From contig JBIOXB010000086.1 in NCBI GenBank assembly GCA_044869275.1, positions 32,001-96,000 on the forward strand: 64,000 nt of DNA, written 5' to 3'. Under the pieces are notes generated by a model. The model made no database searches. It was not told where the DNA came from and worked only from the letters and a program-made list of their open reading frames with translations. Positions 58,603 to 64,000 of the stretch are shown piece after piece. The stretch's first letter is position 1; every line of letters starts with the position of its first letter. This DNA comes from a bacterium (lineage in GTDB: Bacteria; Zhuqueibacterota; Zhuqueibacteria; Zhuqueibacterales; Zhuqueibacteraceae). The position numbers were made by a program, and so were the translations under genes.

Positions 58603-61600
58603 TCACCTCGTCAACTGCAATTGCCTCGTCAAGACTTCTTTGTGTCCCGCGGGCGTTTCAAAAATCACGCGCAGAAAATAAACCCCGCTGCTCACGTGTT
58701 GGCCCATCGCGTTCGTGCCGTCCCAATTCATCACTCGAAAACCGGTGCGCATCGGGCCTTGATGAAGTTGCTGCACTTCCCGGCCCGTGACGTCGTAGAT
58801 TACGGCCTGCACCTGGGCCTCTTGCGGCAAAGCCAGCTTCACATGTGTGTTGAAATGGAAGGGATTGGGATAGTTTTGCGAAAGTTCAAAAGCCGTCGGC
58901 CGTATGTTCTCGGTCAAGGCTTCTTCGCCGTCACCTTTTGCCAGGGCAGCACTGGTTGTGGCGATCGCGAAATCATCTGCGGTGAGCACGCCTTTCGTGC
59001 TGGTCGCATAGGCGGCCAGCTCATAATTGAAAGTATTGTCGAGCGTGTAACCGGGCAATGCGAAAACCTCGTTATAGGTATCGGTCCAACCTTGCCCATT
59101 CAATGAAGCTTCAAAATGGATGCGGCTGCTGTCGAAGCGCAAGCGCAAATAAACTGTGCCGGTAATATTCAAGTTGCCGGTGACATCCAACCCGTCAACC
59201 GCGCCGTTCCTGCTCCATTCCGCATACAAACGATAAGGCCCGCTATTCACGTCGCGATAAACGTAGAAACGATACCAATTCGCTTGATTGAAAATGCCGT
59301 TGGCGGACGAAGCTTGGAAAGCCGGCGTCATGCCCAAATCGCCGTCGCTACTCGGCTGCGCCACTTTCACCGTGACCGTGGTATTGCGGGCGGCGTATTT
59401 TTGCTTGGTCACCACCCACGCCGTTTGCGTGCCGGTCGAGCGCAGCTCCAAGGCATTGTTAATGACACTCGCTTGATTGCCGCTGTTGCTGCCTTTGGTC
59501 CAGTTGTTGAGATCGAGTGTGGCTGTGTTGAAATTGTCGGAAAACATCGTACTGCCGGCGCTGCCGGTGGTGGTAAAAGTGAAATCAGTGCTGGTCGCGA
59601 GATTGCCGGAGGCATCTCTGGATTTGACGCGATAATGATATGTGGCGTTTGCAGCAAGTGCGGTGAGATTGATGGCGTGATTCGTAATGCGCGAGGCGTC
59701 AAGCGGGCTGGTGCTGCCGTAATTCGTGGTCGTGCCATATTCCACTTGCGAATCACTCGCTTCGTTGGTGTTCCAAATGATCGTGGCAGCAGTCGAAGTA
59801 ATATTCGAAGCTGCGACATTGCTGATCACCGGCGGTTGTGTATCCGTGCCCGGCGTGGTTGAGTTGATGGCAAAATCATCGGCTTTCAGAATGCTATTCA
59901 CCTCGGTGCGATACGCCGCCAGTTCATAATAGAATGCGCTGTTGAGCGTATAGCCGGACAGCCCAAACGGCTCACTATAGGCAGCCGTCCAGGCTTGTCC
60001 GTCCACTGAGAATTCGAAATGGATGCGCGTATCGTCGCAACGCAGTCGCATGTGGAAGCTGCCATTCAATACCGCATTGCCGGTGACGTCCAGGCCATTA
60101 ACCACGCCATTCTTTTTCCATTGCACGTACAGACGATAAGGCCCGCTGGCGACGTCGCGGTAGACATAAAAGCGGTACCACGTCGCTTGACTGTAAATGC
60201 CGTTGGTGCTGGAAAGACTGTAAGCCGGCGCCATGCCGAGATTGCCGTCATCGTTCGGCTGGATGATTTTCATACTGACCGTAGTGTTGCGCGCGGCGTA
60301 AGCGTTCCTGCTCACGATCCAGCCGGTTTGCGTTCCGGAGGAACGCAACTCCAGCACGTTGTTCGCCACCAGCGAGAGATTGCCACTATTCGTGCCGCGG
60401 CGCCACTTGTTGGCATCCAGGCTGCTCCCACTGAAATTGTCGGAGAAAATCGGGCCGCTGCTACTCGTGGTGGTAAAGGTGAAATCGGCGGAGGCGGATT
60501 CGAGATTGGCGCTGTCTCTGGCGCGCGCGCGATAGTGATAAACCGTGCCCGGAATCAAATTGGTGAGCGCAATCGCATGCGTCGTTGCTGCCACGCTGTT
60601 GCTCGCGCTGAAATCGTATTCCGTGACGGTGTAAGTTTCATACCACTTCTGTGCCATGACGTCGTAGCCGGCATCATTGGGGTGCACGTTGTCCGCCATC
60701 CATTGGCTGGACCAATTGTTGTTGGCTTTGAATGCGGCGCTCATGTCCACCAAAAACATGCGACGGCCGCTATTGATGCGCGCGGAAACCAGCCCGGGCA
60801 AACGGCTGTTGACGTCATCGTTGATGGCCTGCTTCGTATCGCGGCGCGGAATTAAAGTTGAGAGATACAATTTGATCGTGGCATCGTATTGGAAAACGCC
60901 ATCGACAATGGCGACGATTTCGTTATACACGGTGCTGGCATTGTCGCCGAGGGTGATGTCGTTTGTGCCAATGTGCAGCAACACGGCTTTGGGCTGGGAT
61001 TGATTCAAGAAACTACTCAATCCCGCCTGAATTTCATTCGCCGTCCAGCCGGCATGGCCTTCATGGTCCGCGTCAGGAATGCCGTTGCCGAATTGCAGAC
61101 TGCCGACGAAATTGAAGCGTGTGCCGAAGCTCGAGAATTTGTCATACAACCCGGAACGATAACCTGCATCATCGCTGCTGCCCGTGCCTTCGGTAATGCT
61201 ATCCCCCAACGGCATCACCCGCGTCACGCCATGCGTTTGCGTATCATATTGGGCGCTGCCGGTGGTGCTGCGATTGGTGGTGAAGTTGATTTGCGCCGTG
61301 GTGGTGCTGATGTTCGTTGCCGTCACATTTGAAATAACCGGCGGGCTCGACGCGGTGGCGGCAGTGGTGAAAACAAAATCTCCGCTCTGCGCCAGATTGC
61401 TCGCCGCATCTCGCGATCTTACGCGAAAATGATAGGTGGTATTGGTGCTGAGATTGCTGAGCGTGATGCTGTGTGGCTTTACCAGCGAGGTATGGAGCGG
61501 AGAAAGAAAACCATAACTCGCCGTCGCGCCATATTCCACTTGCGAATCGCTGGCTTCATCGGTATTCCAAGTGATCGTCGCTGCCGCGGTGGTCATATTG

Positions 61601-64000
61601 CTGCTGGCCACTTGTGAGATCACCGGCGGCTGCGTATCCGAGGGCGGCAAGGCTTCCGACAAAACAAAATCATCCACCCTCAAAACTCCGTTGGAGGGCG
61701 TATTGTTGCCGGAAATCTCAAAATAAAAACTGCTGGACAATGAATAGCCCGGCAGCGCGAACGGTTCCTGATGTACCGTGGTCCAATTCGCGTCGTTGGC
61801 GGAATACTCGAAAAATATGTTGGTGGCATCCGTGCGCAGACGCAGCCAGAAACTGTTCGGCAAATTGAGGCCATGAGTGACGTCCAGGCCGTCGACACTG
61901 CCATTGCGTTTCCATTGCGCGAACAGCAAATAGTTTCCCGCATGGTTGTCGCGATAAACGTAAAAGCGATACCAGTTGTTTTGCCCGTAGATCGCGTTCG
62001 TGCTGGCGAGATTTATCGTCGGACTGATGCCGAGATCGCCGTCGTCGTTGGGCGAGGTGATTTTTACCTTGGCGATTTTGTTGGCACCCGCATAGGCGTT
62101 CTTCGTAGCCAGCCAGCCGGACTGGCTGCTCGCGGAACGCAAAGCCAGAGCGCCGTTTTCAATCGCGGCTTGATTACCGCTGTTGCTGCCTCTGCTCCAT
62201 TTGTTCGCATCGATCGCCGTGGTGCTGAAATTATCGCTGAGCAAAACGCTTTGACTGTTGGTGGCGAAAGTAAAATCGCCGCTGGTGGCGAGATTGCCGG
62301 CAGCGTCGCGCGAGCGGACGCGATAATGATAGGTGGTATTTGCCGCCAAACCCGTTAGGCCGGCGGAATGATTGGTGACCAGCGCAGCCTCCAGCGCGCT
62401 CTGGCTGCCATAGGCCGTGGTCAAGCCGTATTCCACTTGCGAATCGGCTGCTTCATTCGTACTCCAGGTGATGGTTGCCGAAGCGCTGGAAAGGCCGGAA
62501 GCTAGCACGCTGGAAATGGTTGGCGGCGTGTTGTCGGGAGCCCCGCCGCCGTAACTGCCCTCTTGAATGGTGAGCGCTTGATTGGCATTGACGTTCGTCA
62601 AAACGTCGCGCTGGCCGGAAGGCCAGCTCACTTCCACACGCTCGGCAGAGTTGAGATTTCCCAAGCCGAAATGCAAAGTCAAATCGCTCCCGCCGGAAAC
62701 CATGGCGAAGCCGGCCAGCAATTGCTGCAGCTGCTGGCGCCCGCCGGCGGTAACGGCGACCACGGCGCCGATGCCGTTGCGGTTGCTCGTCGTGCCGCGC
62801 AGCGTGATTTTCAGCCAGCGATTACTGGAGGAGGTGACATTGCGCAGCAGATTGCTGTTCAGGCCCGAGTGGCTGAAATAGAGATCGAGCCGGCCGTCGC
62901 CGTCATAATCAGTCACGATGCTGCCGTAACCGCGGCCGGTGATGTCCGCTCCCGACCCGTTGGTGTCTTCGCTGAACGTGCCGTCGCCGTTGTTGCGGAA
63001 CAGGCGATTCGTGCCGAAGTTGAGCACATATAAATCGAGCCAGCCGTCATTGTTGAAATCGGCAAAGTGGCATCCTAAGCTGCGGCTGTTGTCCTGCACG
63101 CCGGCTTCACTTGCGACTTCGTTGAAGTCACCCTCGTCATTGCGATACAGCCGATTCGGACCCTGGTCGTCGCACATGTAAAGATCGAGATCGCCATCGT
63201 TGTCATAATCACCCACGGCAATGCCCTGGGCATGCGGGCCGGGATCGGCAATATTGCGCGCGGAGCTTGCTTCAGAAAAAGTGCCGTTACCGCGATTGAC
63301 GAACAGGCGATTCGGCAATCCCAGCCCGCGTCCGACGAAAATGTCGAGATCGCCATCCAAATCGAAATCAAAAAAAACCGCTTGCACGCTGCCGGTTGCG
63401 CCATCCAATCCGGCGGCGGCGGAGACGTCCGTGAAAGTGTGATTGCCGTTTTGCCGGAACAGCCGATAAGCATGGTCGTAGCTGCACAAGAACAAGTCGA
63501 GCAAACCGTCGTCGTTGTAATCACCCCATGACACGCCCTGGCCTTGAAAGCCGTTATTCGATAGGCCTGCGCTGCCGGCTACTTCGGAAAAACTGGCGTT
63601 GCCGTTGTTGCGATAGAGCAGCTTGGCGTAAGCCGCCGAGGTGGCCACGAAAATATCGACGTCGCCGTCATTGTCGTAATCCGCCGCTGCCACGCCGCGA
63701 TCTTCAAGCGTCGTCGAGTTTGCCACGCCGGCGCTGTTGGCGACGTTCGTGAAGCTGCCGTTGCCGTTATTGCGAAAGAGCGCGTTCAGCGCGGTGTAAT
63801 TGACAACGTAGAGGTCCGGCCGGCCATCGTTGTTGAAATCGCCCGCCGCAACGCCGTGACCATAGCCATTGGGATCGTTGGGGGTGGATACGCCCGCGGA
63901 ATTGGTCACATCTTGAAAGCGTAACGACTGGCTGAAACCGGAGGTGAGTGTAAGCGAAAACAAGCAGAGGAAAATGCCTGCGACCCGATGCCCGGGATGG
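58603..64000 (-). CDS. Giant secreted modular protein, paralog of 47537-52975: FG-GAP + ASPIC, Fn3-like domains, three unassigned domains, SGNH, FlgD-Ig CTD; start lies beyond the window edge
   Basis: Frame is open to the window end; same motifs as the paralog (PLGDSIT, IGTND, DNVHPN, NYPNPF). Confidence 0.9.
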   Translation of the reverse strand, partial: HPGHRVAGIFLCLFSLTLTSGFSQSLRFQDVTNSAGVSTPNDPNGYGHGVAAGDFNNDGRPDLYVVNYTALNALFRNNGNGSFTNVANSAGVANSTTLEDRGVAAADYDNDGDVDIFVATSAAYAKLLYRNNGNASFSEVAGSAGLSNNGFQGQGVSWGDYNDDGLLDLFLCSYDHAYRLFRQNGNHTFTDVSAAAGLDGATGSVQAVFFDFDLDGDLDIFVGRGLGLPNRLFVNRGNGTFSEASSARNIADPGPHAQGIAVGDYDNDGDLDLYMCDDQGPNRLYRNDEGDFNEVASEAGVQDNSRSLGCHFADFNNDGWLDLYVLNFGTNRLFRNNGDGTFSEDTNGSGADITGRGYGSIVTDYDGDGRLDLYFSHSGLNSNLLRNVTSSSNRWLKITLRGTTSNRNGIGAVVAVTAGGRQQLQQLLAGFAMVSGGSDLTLHFGLGNLNSAERVEVSWPSGQRDVLTNVNANQALTIQEGSYGGGAPDNTPPTISSVLASGLSSASATITWSTNEAADSQVEYGLTTAYGSQSALEAALVTNHSAGLTGLAANTTYHYRVRSRDAAGNLATSGDFTFATNSQSVLLSDNFSTTAIDANKWSRGSNSGNQAAIENGALALRSASSQSGWLATKNAYAGANKIAKVKITSPNDDGDLGISPTINLASTNAIYGQNNWYRFYVYRDNHAGNYLLFAQWKRNGSVDGLDVTHGLNLPNSFWLRLRTDATNIFFEYSANDANWTTVHQEPFALPGYSLSSSFYFEISGNNTPSNGVLRVDDFVLSEALPPSDTQPPVISQVASSNMTTAAATITWNTDEASDSQVEYGATASYGFLSPLHTSLVKPHSITLSNLSTNTTYHFRVRSRDAASNLAQSGDFVFTTAATASSPPVISNVTATNISTTTAQINFTTNRSTTGSAQYDTQTHGVTRVMPLGDSITEGTGSSDDAGYRSGLYDKFSSFGTRFNFVGSLQFGNGIPDADHEGHAGWTANEIQAGLSSFLNQSQPKAVLLHIGTNDITLGDNASTVYNEIVAIVDGVFQYDATIKLYLSTLIPRRDTKQAINDDVNSRLPGLVSARINSGRRMFLVDMSAAFKANNNWSSQWMADNVHPNDAGYDVMAQKWYETYTVTEYDFSASNSVAATTHAIALTNLIPGTVYHYRARARDSANLESASADFTFTTTSSSGPIFSDNFSGSSLDANKWRRGTNSGNLSLVANNVLELRSSGTQTGWIVSRNAYAARNTTVSMKIIQPNDDGNLGMAPAYSLSSTNGIYSQATWYRFYVYRDVASGPYRLYVQWKKNGVVNGLDVTGNAVLNGSFHMRLRCDDTRIHFEFSVDGQAWTAAYSEPFGLSGYTLNSAFYYELAAYRTEVNSILKADDFAINSTTPGTDTQPPVISNVAASNITSTAATIIWNTNEASDSQVEYGTTTNYGSTSPLDASRITNHAINLTALAANATYHYRVKSRDASGNLATSTDFTFTTTGSAGSTMFSDNFNTATLDLNNWTKGSNSGNQASVINNALELRSTGTQTAWVVTKQKYAARNTTVTVKVAQPSSDGDLGMTPAFQASSANGIFNQANWYRFYVYRDVNSGPYRLYAEWSRNGAVDGLDVTGNLNITGTVYLRLRFDSSRIHFEASLNGQGWTDTYNEVFALPGYTLDNTFNYELAAYATSTKGVLTADDFAIATTSAALAKGDGEEALTENIRPTAFELSQNYPNPFHFNTHVKLALPQEAQVQAVIYDVTGREVQQLHQGPMRTGFRVMNWDGTNAMGQHVSSGVYFLRVIFETPAGHKEVLTRQLQLTR

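Overview
Bacterial chromosomal window, moderately GC-rich. Five secreted proteins end in an 'NY(P/S)NPF(N/H)' FlgD-Ig/T9SS-like C-terminal domain, and the aconitase is of the mitochondrial type; together these suggest an FCB-associated lineage such as KSB1 or Calditrichota (inference). 1-37 kb is mostly housekeeping: selB, ridA, SAM hydrolase, dcyD, acs, acnA, glgB, uppP, radC, mutL, miaA, amidohydrolases and a GlmU-like/GHMP kinase pair, with a few inserted accessory genes. 37-44 kb is a minus-strand light-stress/carotenoid operon. idi, a class II photolyase and ybgA are intact, but crtW, a cruF-like gene, a crtI-like gene and a radical SAM gene have been collapsed by several internal deletions. 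44-64 kb is a tandem array of four very large secreted modular proteins. Three of them share Fn3-like modules and a ~195-aa repeated domain I cannot assign; FG-GAP/ASPIC modules, an SGNH esterase inserted inside an Fn3 domain and malectin occur in subsets. Two members carry further deletions or a nonsense codon. Many intergenic gaps hold hairpins built from short tandem units. No rRNA, tRNA, CRISPR array or transposase was recognised. All family calls come from motif recognition by eye; no database searches were run.
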